Below are positions 38,055 to 52,019 of a stretch of DNA of 64,000 nt, one piece after another. Source of the stretch: Hydrolagus colliei (Eukaryota); assembly GCA_035084275.1 (NCBI GenBank), contig CM068750.1, forward strand, positions 6,014,001 to 6,078,000. Direction: 5' to 3'. A program made the translations under genes and the position numbers. Position 1 is the first letter of the stretch. The number at the start of each line of letters is the position of its first letter. Under the pieces are notes generated by a model that saw nothing but the letters and a program-made list of their open reading frames with translations, was not told the DNA's origin and did not search any database.

Positions 38055-40724
38055 ATCATTACTTCAATATTTTTTATATACCTGTTCTAAAAATGTGCGT
38101 GTGTTTAAAAAATATATACAGTATATCATCAAAAGTATGTTTAACAGTCTTAAAGGAATTGTGTAGAGTGTCCTGATTTGGGGGGATTTGTAAGTAGACA
38201 TAAACAGCAAGAACCTGCAATTATATAGCTCCTTTCACATTGTTATATGTCTGAAAGCAGAGGTGTTGTGGAGCCTGAGCAGGGTGGGAGATAGGGAATA
38301 GGGGGATGGCTAAAAGTATGATTAAAGACTTAACTTTGTAGAATTGTTTTGAAATGAAGAGGGAGTGTACAGACAGATGGATTTAGGAGCATATCAAAAA
38401 GTTACCCTGTGAGCTTTCAAAATACCTGTAGCTTGTTTTACTAAGCTGGATGGATCTCTGAACGGTGAATCATCACCACTGTTACTCATTTGATGAACTG
38501 TTTGCAATGGAGACAGATTTTAACAAATATAATTTTTGGCGAAGTCAAAGAAAACCTGATCAAATCAAGATCGCTTGGGCTAGTGAGAAAATGTCGACAA
38601 CCCCTGCCCAAACAAACAACATGGGTTCCAACACACTTTTTTCCTCTGAAGGCCAGTACCTCCAACAAGGCAGCACTCCACCTACCATCAGCCTCGTCCC
38701 TACTTGGGTCTCGAACTGACAATCCTCTGACTCAGAATGATCAACATTTCAATGCATATTTGTTAATCAATTAATAAGCAGAAATAGTGGGCAGTAAAAT
38801 TGCTTTGGAAAATGCGTTCCTTCATTTGACCCCTTATATATTTGACTGAAAGTCTTGCTTAACTTTCAAAATGGTGGTATAGATAATTCAGAGCGTGGTC
38901 GTAAAAGGATAGTGCTCTTCATGGGAAGGATAGGGATTGTTAAGTAGGAATATTGAGAAAGTGAGGGATGCCATTAGCATTCACTTTAGTGAGTGTGGTA
39001 CAGTACTGACCTTGAGAAGGATTGGGCAATGCTACATACCAGTAGAGTTTAATCTAGAAATTAAAAACAATAAAGGTAATTTTTTTTATCATCCAAAAAT
39101 GTAGAATGATAATCATATATAATGTTGCTGCTAGTAATTGCTATTGTGATTGGGAAGTCCTATCACTATTCTGTTTAACCCACATAAAAGTTGGTTCATG
39201 AAAGGTCACATTCTAAGAGTAATGAAAAAAAGTGCGTTAATTATATTATGTCCTCATGATGGAGTGCACGGTCAAACATCCATTATAATATTTTCATTTT
39301 TTAATTAACTTATTTGCGTAATTTTCCCAAAAAATTATTCCTTTCAGTGTCTGTGGTCTGTGTTTTCCTGACCAATATTTGTCCTCTGCCCTTCCAAAGG
39401 CAACAGTTAACTTTTCCTTCGTCTGGGAGTACCATTCATTGTTACTTTAGATAATTCAACCACATTGGCATCTGTCACCTCTACTCTTTGCTCAGAAGAT
39501 GCCCGTAGACATGCAAACCCTATGCGGGTTGAGGTGACTGTTCCTGTCTTGTGACCAATCAGTCAGGAACACAAACCTTTGCTGACTTTCAGGTCACAAC
39601 CAGAGGCACTGAATTAAAACTGGAGCCTTCTCATTGTGTACAATTGAACACCACATTAAATATTGCAAGAGTTAAATAGTGACTGCTTTAAGTATGTCCT
39701 AAAACCTAAAAGAAATCCATTGGTATGAATACTGGAGCCTCTTCTAACCTTATATGGACTGCATTCAGCTGGAGTAAACAGCTCCCAGCTGACCACTATT
39801 AAGTTTTATATCCAAACAACCACAGTAATTGTTCTACAGTACTAAGTAATATTCTTGAGGGGAACTCGTGCTCCTTCTTCCCCCCACCCCACCACCACCC
39901 CTAGTTGCCACAAGGCATGCAGGATTATTCTTTGATTTGTTGCCAGGAATTTTTTATTTTTTATTTTAAAAACAGTACTGAAGACTGCCTGATCTGAAAG
40001 AGAATTTTAGGCGAAGCTTGTCTCACACACAGTGTGGGGCTTCTGAGGTCTTATTTTCTGGTAGAAACTAGAATAGTCTGAATATAATCGCAGTGGAATG
40101 GCAACAATTATTTTACTGAGGACTTGCCTTTGTTGGTCTATCTGTGTTTGAAATTCTCAGTAGTTGTTTTTTTGATCGAGGCACGAACCTACTCTTTATT
40201 TATTCCATATTATTCTTGTCTTCAGAGCTACGAGGGGCATGGTTAATATCACCCCAGTTATTCAAACTTGCTCTTTTCACTGACTGAGTATAAGAATGGG
40301 GAAATTGATACCAGAAAATACAGGAGTAGGCCATTCAACCCCTCAAGCCTATTCCAAGCTTTGCAGAATATATTGTAAAGGTGGATTGACTGTATTTTGC
40401 GGGTGAATTCTATTGTAAGAGGAAGTTTTATGAGCAGGAGTTGCATCGAACAATGTTTAGACATTTTGGTTCACGATACAGAAATGTTACACTGGTGGTT
40501 CCGGAGGTTGATTCTTTATGTGTGTGTGTGTTTTCCTTGAATTTGTGTCTATATTATCAAACATTTCTACAGCAAAATGGTTGTAAACAACAACTGAGAA
40601 GGGGGGGAAAAAACCACTTGATTTGTACATAATCTAGGTTTCCAATTGGCACCTCATTAAACTAGCAAAGCTGCCGACTTTCACTGTGTAGATTTGGTTT
40701 TTGTATCTGTATTCAAGTAGCGAT

Positions 40725-40980
40725 ACACACTCACCATCTCCACACAAAACTCGTCTGCCTCTCCCACACCAGCCTATCACTCCCATCCTGGCTCCCACCC
40801 TCCCTACTTTTAAAGCCCATCTTAAGACAAACCTCTTTGATTTTTCTCATTTTGCTCCCACTCCCTAACCACCACCTCCCCAACCGCCCACACCCGCCTC
40901 CCCTTGGATCCCCAGTCAGCTGTGTAAACTGCTTTGAGGTGTCTCCTGATGTGATAGGCGATACATGAGGTCAATTGAAT
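40725..40980 (+). mobile_element. Degenerate L2 LINE 3' fragment
   Basis: tatcactcccatcctggct...tttaaagcccatcttaagacaaacctctttga...tgtgtaaactgctttgaggtgtctcctgatgtgataggcg. Confidence 0.65.
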
Positions 40981-41322
40981 TGTATTCTAAAAAACAGAAA
41001 AGCAGGATGTATGTTTAATGACATAGTGCACAAATGAATACAGTACAAAGAGTTGGAAGAAATGACTCACCAGTCGAGCATCCAGGCATTTCCAAAAAGT
41101 GTATTTGGAAATATTGTTTTAACAATTATTTTATCGATTGAACGAATAGCTATTCTGCCGAAGTAAATTACTATTCACAGAAATCCTATGAGACTTGTCA
41201 AATTGTTGGGAAAAGTGAATCTAGTGTGAATCCCTAATCTTGCAAGTGATTGCTTCAACAGTAATGATTATATCCCTTCTCTTTTAAACAATACTCCTTG
41301 ATGCAAAATGATTGTTTCAACA

Positions 41323-41386
41323 ACAACAAAATTACATTTGTGTAGCGCCTTTCACGTCAGGAGGACGTCCCTTAGAGCTGTACAAA
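41323..41386 (-). mobile_element. Extremely 5'-truncated L2 insertion with 10-bp target-site duplication
   Basis: L2 tail flanked by tgtttcaaca at 41313-41322 and 41387-41396. Confidence 0.7.
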
Positions 41387-41414
41387 TGTTTCAACAGTAA
41401 TGATCATTTCCTGT

Positions 41415-42010
41415 CAGGTTTCGCCCGCAAAATATAGTCAATTCACCTTACAGTATATTCTGTGAAGCGCTCTGAGACGCCTAGAAGACGTGATAAGGCG
41501 CTGTATCAAATGCAAGGATTATTATTAAGGATTATTATTATTATCATCAAGTCTTTTTCATCTGACATTTTGATCAGAATGTGAAATAGCTAATCCAATT
41601 ATTGCCACTCCCTAAAGAAAAAACAGAGTCGACCATTTTCATGTAAGCTGCTAGCTAGCATTTTCCCTGTGATGTAAATGTCACAACAATAATTCAGGTT
41701 TTCAAATGGTTCAATACAGTACTGTACTTTGAAAAGTCCTTTGTGGTTTCAGTCTTTGTCTCTCAGTCTCTCACTCTCTCAGCCTCCTCTCTTTATTTCT
41801 ATTTTTCTCTCTCCCTATCTCCATATCTCCCCATCTCCTTTTCTTTCTCTACCTTGTGAATGAGGTATGAAGTCACTAGTGCATGTAATTGGCTGTCTGT
41901 TTCACCCACAAATTACAAAGTTACCATACTTTACACTATATTCTGTGTGAAGTGCTTTGAGACCGCTCAACGATGTGATAAGATGCTATATCAAATGCAA
42001 GGATTATTAT
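41415..42010 (+). mobile_element. Two SINE 3' halves (about 41415-41545 and 41878-42010)
   Basis: Both end with a gtgataag(g/a)(c/t)gct(g/a)tatcaaatgcaaggattatt tail. Confidence 0.75.
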
Positions 42011-42582
42011 AAATATACGCTGCACTAATTTGAGAAATATTTAATTATATGCATCAGTGGTAAACAGCTATAAATTGTGGGGTGGGTGTGGTGGGGGGGT
42101 CAATTTCTGGTGTTTAGCACTATTTTGGAGGAGTCAGAGTTCTTCATATTTTTTGCTAATTGAAGGAAAATGTAAAATATTTTGACCAATTTCTGATTAA
42201 CGCAAGATTACAGTAGACAGGAGTAGCGGATGGCAGTGTTGTATAATGAAAAATTTCAATGGAGAGCTGTCATTTTCCCTTATCTTGAGAAAGAAGCAAT
42301 CCATATAATTGAACAGCAATTATTAAAGGAGGGAAGGAGCGTAAGCAAGATGGTAAATATTGATTCCAGTGAGGCTGGAATCCTGGTGAAATCTTTGTAA
42401 AGTCACTGATTGGATGTGAAAATACACAAATACACTTTGAAGAAAACCATGTTTCTGTAATGTCCATGAACATAACAGCACAGAATGAGAAAATTGAGCC
42501 CACCGAGTTAGTAAGTTACAATTAACCATAACACAATGGCTCAAAACATGATGTTCTACCTCTAGGACCAATTTTAATTCAT

Positions 42583-42830
42583 TATAATAATCCTTGCATT
42601 TGATATAGTGCTTTTCACGTCTTGAAGACGTCTCAAATCGCTTCACAGAATATGCTGTAAAGTGAATCAACTGTATATTTGTGGGCAAAACGCAGCAGCC
42701 AATCGTACACAGCAATGTCCCACACACAGTTGTGGATTGAAGTGACTCATTTTATTATTGCTGGTTTTTTTCTTGTGAGTTTATTATCAGGCGTGCGCAG
42801 TAAAGAAACTTGCCCGAGGTTTCGCTCTTT
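42583..42830 (-). mobile_element. tRNA-derived SINE (5' truncated)
   Basis: aataatccttgcatttgatatagtgcttttcacgtcttgaagacgtctcaaa...gtaaagaaacttgcccgaggtttcgc. Confidence 0.8.
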
Positions 42831-45794
42831 GCTAAAGGTGGACAAGAGAAGAATTGCATTTAGCACAAAAAGTAGTGTATTTCAGGCAAGTGAGTAAGTT
42901 GCTCAGTTTTCAAATGTAATCAGTGTTTATTTATTTCAATACTCTATTCAAATCAGGCATTCAAGCCCAATTAAGGATGACTTGAGCAGATAGTCAGATC
43001 TGTCCAACAATGCACATTTTGCGTATTGTCAGTGGAACCAGCAAGATCCTCTTTCCTGTATAACTCCAAGGAATTTCTGATTGTCGAAAACTGCAGTGAA
43101 ACAAACAAAAAGGTTCTGTTTCAGGCAGTGGCAGAAATGTATGATAATAATAACCTGCTTTTCTGAACTTCACACAGCGAATGTTATCTGAACCCATCTT
43201 ATGAAACTGTGGATGGGCAGAAGAGTTATTAAATTTATAAGTATATGATTTGCATACTGTGAAGTGATACTGTGAAGCAATCACATGAAGACATTTTTAT
43301 TGTCTCTTAACATTTTTTGCAGTTTGATCCTAATTAAATTTAATGTATTTTCCTCAAGTGAAACAAATGATTCTCAGAATGTGCCACGCAGACATAAAGG
43401 GAAAGGATTTGAACCCTTTTCTTTAGACCAGCCATGATTGAAAATTATTCACATATGAACAAACATTCCTGGCACATGTATTTGTATGGAGTATTTCAGA
43501 TTGTGCCAGAGGGATGAATCATATCTCTGGCTGTGCTTCCCTGTAATGGGATACTGGATAAGTGCCTTTAATGTAGAAAAAATATTATATTTGCTGTAAT
43601 AACTGTGTCAAAAAATTCAGCATTTACATTATTTAGAAATGCATCATTTACAATGCTGTCATTGTTTTTCTTTTTTCATAATGTAAATCATTTAGTTATA
43701 AAACATTGATGTTCAAAGCAGCTGATGCTAGAGAGGTTTAAGTAACTCACAGGCAAATGTACTCTTAACCATTTCACTGCCATTATCCTAGAGTATTTAG
43801 GATTTTGAGAAATACTAGAATATAGTAGAATATAGATTTGTTTAATGTTTAAACAGTACTGTTTACATGGGGTTGAGCTCCTTTGAAGCTTTTCGGCACA
43901 TTTGGACATCATCCTGACATGAAAAGCGCTGTGATTTGTTGTTTGTTATTAGAAAAGAAATGGGTATAAATCAATCTAAATGTTTCCTAAAAAGAGTGAC
44001 AAGGAATTAGCAGACAGCCGTAACTCCCAACGACATGCTTTATACTCTCAATGCCAGTGGTCAATGTATTTACCTGTTAGGAATAAGATGCACTCACCTG
44101 TCAAAGCCAATTAATGTATTATTACGCAGAGAATCACCCACTGTGGCGTACCAAAAACTATGGATTAGCATTAGAAAGCTTCTTCAAAATTTTCTTTACT
44201 CATTTCAGCAAACAGGAGGGTTCAATTAATCTCATTCATCTCCCTCAGGCTATTGAATCCAAATCACAATCTCCAAACTACAGTATAATAGAATAACAGC
44301 AGTTAACAAATCCTAAAACACTAAAGCTTCTAAACACAGTCATATACTTTAACAAGCAGATTTATACGTCCTGAAATTTGCAGAATTTAAACCATTAGGG
44401 TGTTAGGTGTTTCTGAATTGCAGCACGTAATGTTTATCCTTTGCATTTTTATACAATATTTAGCAAATGACCGAATTTTCAGGAAGTGAAATATGTTCTT
44501 AAAAAATCAAATAGTGTTGCAGTTCTATATCTTTATATGGGGTTAAAGTAAGACCAATTAGTAAAATCTTGTTGAGTTCCAGAGAAGCCTTTTAAACTAG
44601 ACTGTCCAAAAATGCGGGTTGTTGCATGAACTTAATTGGAGTGGAACCAGCTCATTCCTGTTTGAGCTGTAAATAGTGAAATGACTGGTTGTCATTTTAG
44701 ATTTTTGAAACAGCTTCAAAATGAAGAGAAGCACTAAGGGAGTCTGCTTCAATGTTTATATCATTAAAATGTAACTTAAAATTATCATTCTACAGTTGTT
44801 GCATATACAGAAATGGTAATGCCACATTCATTTTTACCTAAGGCTGTCATTTATGATCGTAGCGTAGAATAGAATAATAGAATCATAGGGTTTTACAGCA
44901 CTGAAGTAGGCCATTCAGCCCATTGTGCCTATTAGGAGAAAGATGACCGAAGGCGCGGTCGAAGAGAAAGGTCTTTAGCTGAGACTGGAAACTGGGAAGT
45001 GAGGGGGAGATTAGTCCAATTCGTTATCCAATTAGTCTCCTTCTCTGCTCTCCCCCCACTCTTTGCAAACATTTCCTAGCTAAGATCACAGTCCCAAGAT
45101 CATAGCACACATATATTTGTTGCATCATAGCCTAATGTTACATTTAATCATATACTGTGGATTACGGTTTTGTTTATTCATTCAGTAGTAAGAGATTTAG
45201 TGGCTGACAATTAAAAATTTGTATTCTGCGTTTACATTCCAAGCATAATGCTTGTCCTCTACATCAGCAAGAGTAATATATTTTACCTAAACTAGATGCC
45301 AAAATAAGATTTATTTCCAATTGTAGCTGTATCTCTTTTCATCCATTAGTTGCCCCAGGATATGATTAACAACAGGTTTTGTTCACAAATTTGTGTGAAT
45401 TCAAACTAATGCACTTTTGGGGCAGTTTATTCCAATACGCAATCGCTGACGGTAATGACTGTTGTTTGTTTGAGAGAATAGAATGTCAGTCCATCCAAAA
45501 TGGTAGGAAACTTGAAACTTTTTGGAGGTTGGAGGAGATCCCAAAAAACCTCAAGAAAAGTAATTAATGAGGAAGATTATGTATATAAAGGGTGAGAAGT
45601 GGAAAGGACTGTGTGATGCGCCAACGAGAACTCATACAAAAAGCTCTCAGGTGAATGGCCAATTACCCTGCAGGATTGTTGGCTGGCTACACTGCCTCCA
45701 GGCTAAATATTAAAAGTAAAGATCCTTTTGGCAAACAAACTATTTTTATAAACAATGTTACTTTGCCAAATTTCATGATGTTACATTGTTTTAT

Positions 45795-45900
45795 CAGTCC
45801 TGATCAAAGGTCGTCAACCTGAAACATCGACCTAACTCAGTTTCTTCTTTCTATAGATGTTGTCTGACCTGCCGAGTGTTCCCAGCGACTTTTGCTTTTA
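45795..45900 (+). mobile_element. Short Penelope-like or shark-type retroposon fragment
   Basis: cctgatcaaaggtcgtcaacctgaaacatcgac...tatagatgttgtctgacctgccgagtgttcccagc resembles a recalled chondrichthyan repeat end. Confidence 0.5.
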
Positions 45901-46799
45901 TATTGTTTTTATAAATGTGTTTGGTTAGTTAGGTAAAGATGATTGATGAGGGGGAAATGTTATGAAGCATGAATTATACTGATGGAAGCAGGCTGTTTGC
46001 AGTTGACTTTAAGGTAATATAGAACACCAGACTTTAACATAGACGTGGAGGGTTTGTTTTTGGTCTGTGGAGTTTGTGATACGCGCAGAAACCCTTCACC
46101 GTGCCAGCTATTTACTCGCAGACCCATAAGGTGGTGTCTAATTTCTTGGAACCAAAGTACTACATCATGTATGGTTTCTGTTTGCCTGGTATGCAGCTTG
46201 CCTTTTCTCCCCGAAGGGGTGCACCTTGCTTACCTACTCTCAGACACAGTTTGACGAGAGGCAAGGCTTGGGAGACCACAGAGTTGGCATTGAGATTCTG
46301 CTGGAGTTTCTTTAGCTAAATCTTCATCCTGTAATATACCAGAACATTGATAACCATCCTGCTGTTTGTCCATATTATATGCTTGGCTTGCAAGGTTATC
46401 TAGAGCTGACTGGGTGAGTGGGGAGATAGTAATTGACTGTAATAGTTGAAGAATCACAATCCACAGTGACTGGTCCAGTCCTCAAAGTCTTGATAACGTC
46501 CCTGGCTGGTCTATCATTAACAGTGCCCTGAAGTGTTATGGACTTCCTGGCTCAGTGTGGATGACAAAAACCACCACAGAATATTGACTTTCTGATTTTC
46601 CATTGCCAGGCAAATCACCGCTGACCCAACTGAGCCCCAGAGACGCTACACCGCTCCCCCCATCCCCCCCCCCCCCCTCAGTGGAGGACAGGAAGAACTA
46701 GAGGACAGGAGTGCAAAATTAACCAGCTTCAAACAAAACTAGAGACTTCCTGGAAAACATCAGAAAGAGCAAGGAAATGGGATTAGCATATATAGATAT

Positions 46800-46910
46800 A
46801 ATAATAATCCTTACAGTTGATATAGCGCCTTATCACGTCTTCGAAACGTCTCAAAGCACTTCACAGCATACACTGTAAAGTGAATTGACTATATATTTTT
46901 GTGGGCGATA
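46800..46910 (-). mobile_element. SINE 3' tail
   Basis: ataatccttacagttgatatagcgccttatcacgtcttcgaaacgtctcaaagcac. Confidence 0.75.
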
Positions 46911-47809
46911 TAGTACCAGGACAAATTGAAAAGGGGTCAAATTTGTGCCCCCTCAAACATTAGCTGTAATGTTCTATGGTTCTATGTGTTGTGAAAGGTG
47001 ACATAAATGATATAAGTGGCTTGTGATCTCCACTCTGTTTATGACTTTGAATATCATTGATGTGCGCAGGATAAGAAAACTGTGGGGATAATTTGCCTGT
47101 AAAGTCCAGCAGTTTCACCCATGGCAATGAAAATATAAATTCTTGTCTAGTTTTGGCTCAGCTAAGATGGAAGGTCAAGCACATCAGCAAGATTTAATAT
47201 ATAATGGAGTGTTTGGATCCATGCCTAGAACAAAATGTTAGTGTGCACCATAACAATGGTTTCTTCTTTCAAGCAAGTCCAGGGCTCTGCTTTCAGACAT
47301 TCAGGCAGAGATGAACGTCACACAATTTTTCTGCATCAACCAAGCAGCTGCATTAACTAACATGATTTGCTAGGTGTGTTGAAAATATTAAATTTATCAT
47401 TGAATAAGCTAAATCAGCTAAATTGACAAAATGTGCTATTCAGATAGCAGTGAAGAGTAGGGAATTGCAAACAAATGGAAACATAATGTATTTTTTTCCC
47501 CCCCTTCCCTCCACCCCTCCAGTTGGGTGTAAATGCTTGACTGTCCAGTACTATGGGAAGCCCTCCCAACATAAAAAGCGCTATACAAACATAATTTGTT
47601 GCTGTAGTTGTTTTAATGATACAGTACTCAGCAAATAAGTCAATTCATTTTTTTTTAAACATCATCTATTTTACCTATTGGGGGAACTGGCTGTAGATTT
47701 GGTCTTGAATTACCTTAACTAAAACATGAACGTCGCTAAACTTCAAAAAAATAGAATTTCAAATGCAAGGTTTATTTTTTGTTAAACGCAGAAAGCAAAT
47801 AAATGATTT

Positions 47810-48120
47810 ATAATAATTCTTGCATTTTGATATAGCGCTTTTCATGTCTTCTAGATGTCTCAAAGTGCTTCTCAGAATACATTGTAAAGTGAATTGACAG
47901 GATATTTCTGGGCGAAACATGGCAGCCAATTGGGCACAGCAATATCCCACAAACAGTCATGGATTGAAATGACCAATTTTATTATTGTGGTTTTTTTTGG
48001 AGGGATTATTATTAGGCATGTGGAGTAAGGAAACTTGCCCAAGGTTTCACCCTGACCTGCCTGGATTCGAACACAGATCTCACGCATGTCAGGTGAGTGC
48101 TCTAACCACTGAGCTACAGA
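47810..48120 (-). mobile_element. Full-length tRNA-derived SINE
   Basis: Minus-strand head tagctcagtggttagagcac (A box)...gttcgaatcc (B box), with the family body and (ATT)n tail. Confidence 0.88.
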
Positions 48121-48317
48121 ATTGAAACGATGCTGCGAGATGAGAAATCCCTCTGAATTTGTTTTTTGCAAAATGCCTGTGACAAACTGCTTCAGAGCAC
48201 AAACCAAATATTCCCAGGGCCAAAACAGATTACATCCAAACTTTTAAATCTTCCTGATGAGGTAGAAGGTACAAACATTTGTGACTGTTACTGATTCTGG
48301 CTAATCACACCTAACAA

Positions 48318-48620
48318 AACTATAGAAATTTACAACACAGAAGAAGGCTATTTGGCCCATCAGTTCTGTGCTGGCTTTTTAAAAAGTAAAATCTATTCAA
48401 TGCCATGTAATTTCCCAAACCCTTGCAAATTACTTCTTTTTAGAAACTTACCTAGCTTCCTCTTGAAAACTGATATGGATTCTGACTCAACCAGGGAACT
48501 GGCACCACAGTGCGCTACCTAAATGTCTATAATTTTATTTCCTAGCCTCTCATTTGCTAATGATGTTAAATTTATGCCCTCTGGTCCCTGACTCACCACG
48601 CAGTGGAAACAATATCTTGC
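48318..48620 (-). mobile_element. CR1-like LINE 3' fragment
   Basis: tatagaaatttacaacacagaagaaggctatttggcccatc and taaatttatgccctctggtccctgactc match recalled chondrichthyan CR1 ends. Confidence 0.6.
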
Positions 48621-49059
48621 AGTAGCCTGCCTTTTATTAACGATAATGTAAGTCAGCATGTCTCATACAAAGACAGGAGGAACAATAAATCCTAATGGTC
48701 AGGCTCTGGCTGTGTACAACCTAGTGTAAATCAACAGCACTAAAGAAGGAAGGCATTCTACAGGCCCCTGAGATTTTTTCAAATATCATGACGTGATACA
48801 TGCAATTTCACCTTGCACAAGTGATTGAGATGGGTGCCTTTTATTAATCTAATCTGGACCCTTGTGTAAAGACAGGATCTTTGCAAGCTGTTCTGGGATG
48901 TAACCAGTTAGATCTGCCGAAAGATATCTCTTGTTGGTGTTGAAGGTCATGCTTTTAAGCAAAATCATGCTGTAAATTCAGCGTTAAAAATAAATGATCA
49001 AGAATCATTTTCCTGCACCTCCAGCTCCTCTGACTTTACCCAAATACCCAACATGCCAA

Positions 49060-49535
49060 CACCCTCAGCCACACTTTCTTCAACTATAACCTCAATTAGT
49101 GCAATATCTTTGCCAGTCTTCCCAGCTCTACTATCCGCAAAATCCATCTAACTCAGAACTTTGCCACCCATATACTTATCCACTCTAAACTCAATTCCCT
49201 TATCACTGGCTCCCTGTGACTGAACATCCTCACACTTCATGCCCTGACACCTCCCTCCCCTACCTCTCCGAGCTGCTTACTGCCCTCGATTTGATTGGTT
49301 CCGACTTGTTGCTTGTGCCTCGTCTCTTGTGCTCCACCTTTGGCATCCATGCTTCCAGCCACTAAGCCCCCAAATTTTGGACCTCTCTCCTTCCCCTTTT
49401 TTGGATCACGCCTGAAGACTTTCCTCTTCAACTGTGCTTACGGTCACCTCATCCCTAATACTGCCTTGGCATCAGTGTTCTCAGTCGCTATCCTGTGTGA
49501 AGGATGCTATATAAATGTAAGTTATCATTGTTGTG
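49060..49535 (+). mobile_element. Degenerate L2 LINE 3' fragment
   Basis: cactggctccctgt..., cctgaagactttcctcttcaactgtgc, tail tgtgaaggatgctatataaatgtaagttatcattgttg. Confidence 0.7.
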
Positions 49536-49959
49536 ATTCTGTGCTGTGTACAAATTGTTTTGGGTAGGACAACAGCAGTGACAGGGAATATAATACTGGA
49601 TTCAAAACCATGTCTGAGTACTGAAGAAACAGGTTTCTAACCTTTGGTGATACCGCTCTCCTGTTTATTAGATTGCACATTACAAATCTAGTTGTACCAT
49701 CTGACATGATTGGAATTGTCCATCATATATCACACTCTCTTATGTTCAATATCTTGCAAACACAAACCAGATGACGGAAGTCTTTTGAAGAGATGTGGTG
49801 GGGTGGGTGAGGGGAAGGAACAATATAATAAAGAGGTAAAACATTTATTATAAAAGGTTTATAAGGAAAAATTCTTTGTTGGGAGCCCTGCATCAAACTT
49901 TCATTGTATTTTTTTGCTCTATACATATCTTTTTAACGCACTAAGCACTGTATAAATAT

Positions 49960-50200
49960 GTGTTCAGTGACCACACTAACAAGACAGTGATACTGTACGA
50001 GTCTACTGAGGAGCTGAGACAAGCTGTCGAAGATGCATTTTGCCTCATCACTCCATCCCTGTTACTGAAGATGTTGCACCAAACATGGCGTCCGATGTTT
50101 ATCTGCCAGAAAATGATGGCGCTTCACTCCAAATACACTTAAACACTTGGATTGAGTACAGTTACGCACTTCTAAATACACTCGTCCACATTCTTCCCCA
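49960..50200 (+). mobile_element. Tc1/mariner transposase C-terminal relic
   Basis: YESTEELRQAVEDAFCLITPSLLLKMLHQTWRPMFICQ, followed after a frameshift by ENDGA, resembles the Tc1/mariner C-terminus. Confidence 0.5.
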
Positions 50201-51154
50201 TGTTTGAGTTATTAGTTGGTGTACTGTAGAAAAACCACTTGGGGGTTGGGGGGAAGTAACAGGACTTTGTGGACAGCCCGCACCCACATCCAACAAAAAA
50301 ATTGATTTTGCACCAAAAGATTCCATTATCATGAGACAAAAAAAGATATCACATGGCACAGTTAGCGGACAATGCACACACCCGTCAAAACATTTATTGA
50401 TTTTTCTTCATCCAAACGCACCAATAATAATAATAATCTTTGCATGGCACAAAGCAGACAACAGCAAAAAAGGAGTGTCATGAAATTGACGAGTTTAACT
50501 ACAGATTTATGAGAGATTCCCTATGTGTCAATTCGATTTCCTCTCTGGCCCAATTGTTACAGTCAATGTAACTTTCCCATGGGTCTGAGCCCCTGCCTCA
50601 AACCTTAACTGATTGCTCACTTTTTTCTGGTACCATTTATAAGCCTTTGCCAGATTTTTCTCAAAGATGGCTAGTTGCATTAAGATGTCTTAAATCATTC
50701 GTACACTCACTGGAGGCACTTATTCAAATGTATCTTATTTACAGAATACATCCTAACCATGTTCCAAACCCAAGCTACTCTGTCTAAAACAATGAGTTAC
50801 AGTACATCTAAGCACATGCAGTTTTGAAACACATCATTGGATTAGTGTACAATATTCATGCCTCTCTTTCTGTTCGAAACGCATAAGTGCAATAGAAGCC
50901 ACAATATAAGCGGTTAAAAATTGTAGCTAGACAGCAAATAAAAATCAATCTCTATATTCTCTCCTCACCCACCCACCCCCACCTCTCTCCCCTTGGTTTC
51001 CTTTTCTTTACATTTTAACGTTTGCGTCTTGTCTCGTTACATGCAACATGGACCAACCACGCCTTAAAAAGCTGCGGGTTATTGAGGATGCGCATCCAGA
51101 GCAACAGCAGAGCAAAGCAAAGCAGGTTACAAGCTAGAGATTAAGAAGCCCCAC

Positions 51155-51209
51155 CACTGGCTGGAGGCCCTCGCCAGTTAGCAAAGGGCAGGTGAAAACA
51201 GTCGCACAT
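51155..51209 (-). CDS. AHNAK2: AHNAK2 first coding exon (MCDCFHLPFANWRGPPAS)
   Basis: gccaagATG with a purine at -3. 55 coding nt end at AGTG|gtgggg (phase 1, matches exon 2). Closely resembles the recalled human AHNAK2 N-terminus MCDCFHMVLPTWPGTPGS. Confidence 0.88.
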
Positions 51210-51500
51210 CTTGGCAATCCTCTAGTAGTTTCCCAATCTACTTCTCCTGTCAGCCGGACGAGTTCTGAAGTAGAGAAAGGCAATATTCCATCCCGACAGG
51301 CTAGCTGGTAGTGCTGAAGCTCAGCATCGCTGCAGCTAGGAGAATAAATAAAAACGCTGACACACTGTCCACTCTCTCTCTCTCTCCCTGCCTCTCTCTC
51401 TCTCTCTCTCTTGCATCACTGAATGTGAATCCCTGGATAGGCACCAAATTATACAGGTCAGCTTTGTAATGCATTACGCCAAATTGATCCAATCTGCAGA
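51210..51500 (-). promoter_or_regulatory. Probable 5' UTR and proximal promoter of AHNAK2, including a (GA)n tract at about 51372-51410
   Basis: Lies immediately upstream of the ATG exon and has a purine microsatellite. The TSS cannot be determined from sequence. Confidence 0.4.
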
Positions 51501-52019
51501 GGACATCCAGGTCGCTGCAGAAAATCCTGCCAAGCTACAAATCAACTTGCTTGTCTACTGTACCAATGCGTTTGGTGGTAGACAGTATCAGAAAAAACCT
51601 CACCTATTTCTCCCAACCCTTTGGAGAGTATCAGTTGGTGGTAGTTTCTTGTTCATAGATTATGGGAACATTGAATGTCGTTTGTGGCTGCATGTTTGTA
51701 AATATATATATAGTACAGTATATAGATAGTGGTTCTGGATGCATTTAAGTTCTTTTGAATGGTTAAACTTTGAGGATACAGTAGTTGCAATATTATTGGA
51801 AACAACATTGTGAACCAGGAGACTTTTTCTTACATGATGTGCACTTTAACAGCACTTTAATTGTTGGTTTTAAATACTTTTTTTTTGCATTATTTGTATC
51901 TCAAGTGCTGACACATACAGTACAGCTCTGTGTAATGTTTATGCCATTAACAAAGTAAAGGTATTTGGACAAATTGATCTATTTTGATACAAAGTCTGCT
52001 GGTTCATTAGGTTTTAAAA

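Noticed and set aside
47990-48120. tRNA gene
   Set aside because: The A/B boxes belong to a SINE head continuous with the SINE body and tail; I see no convincing cloverleaf.
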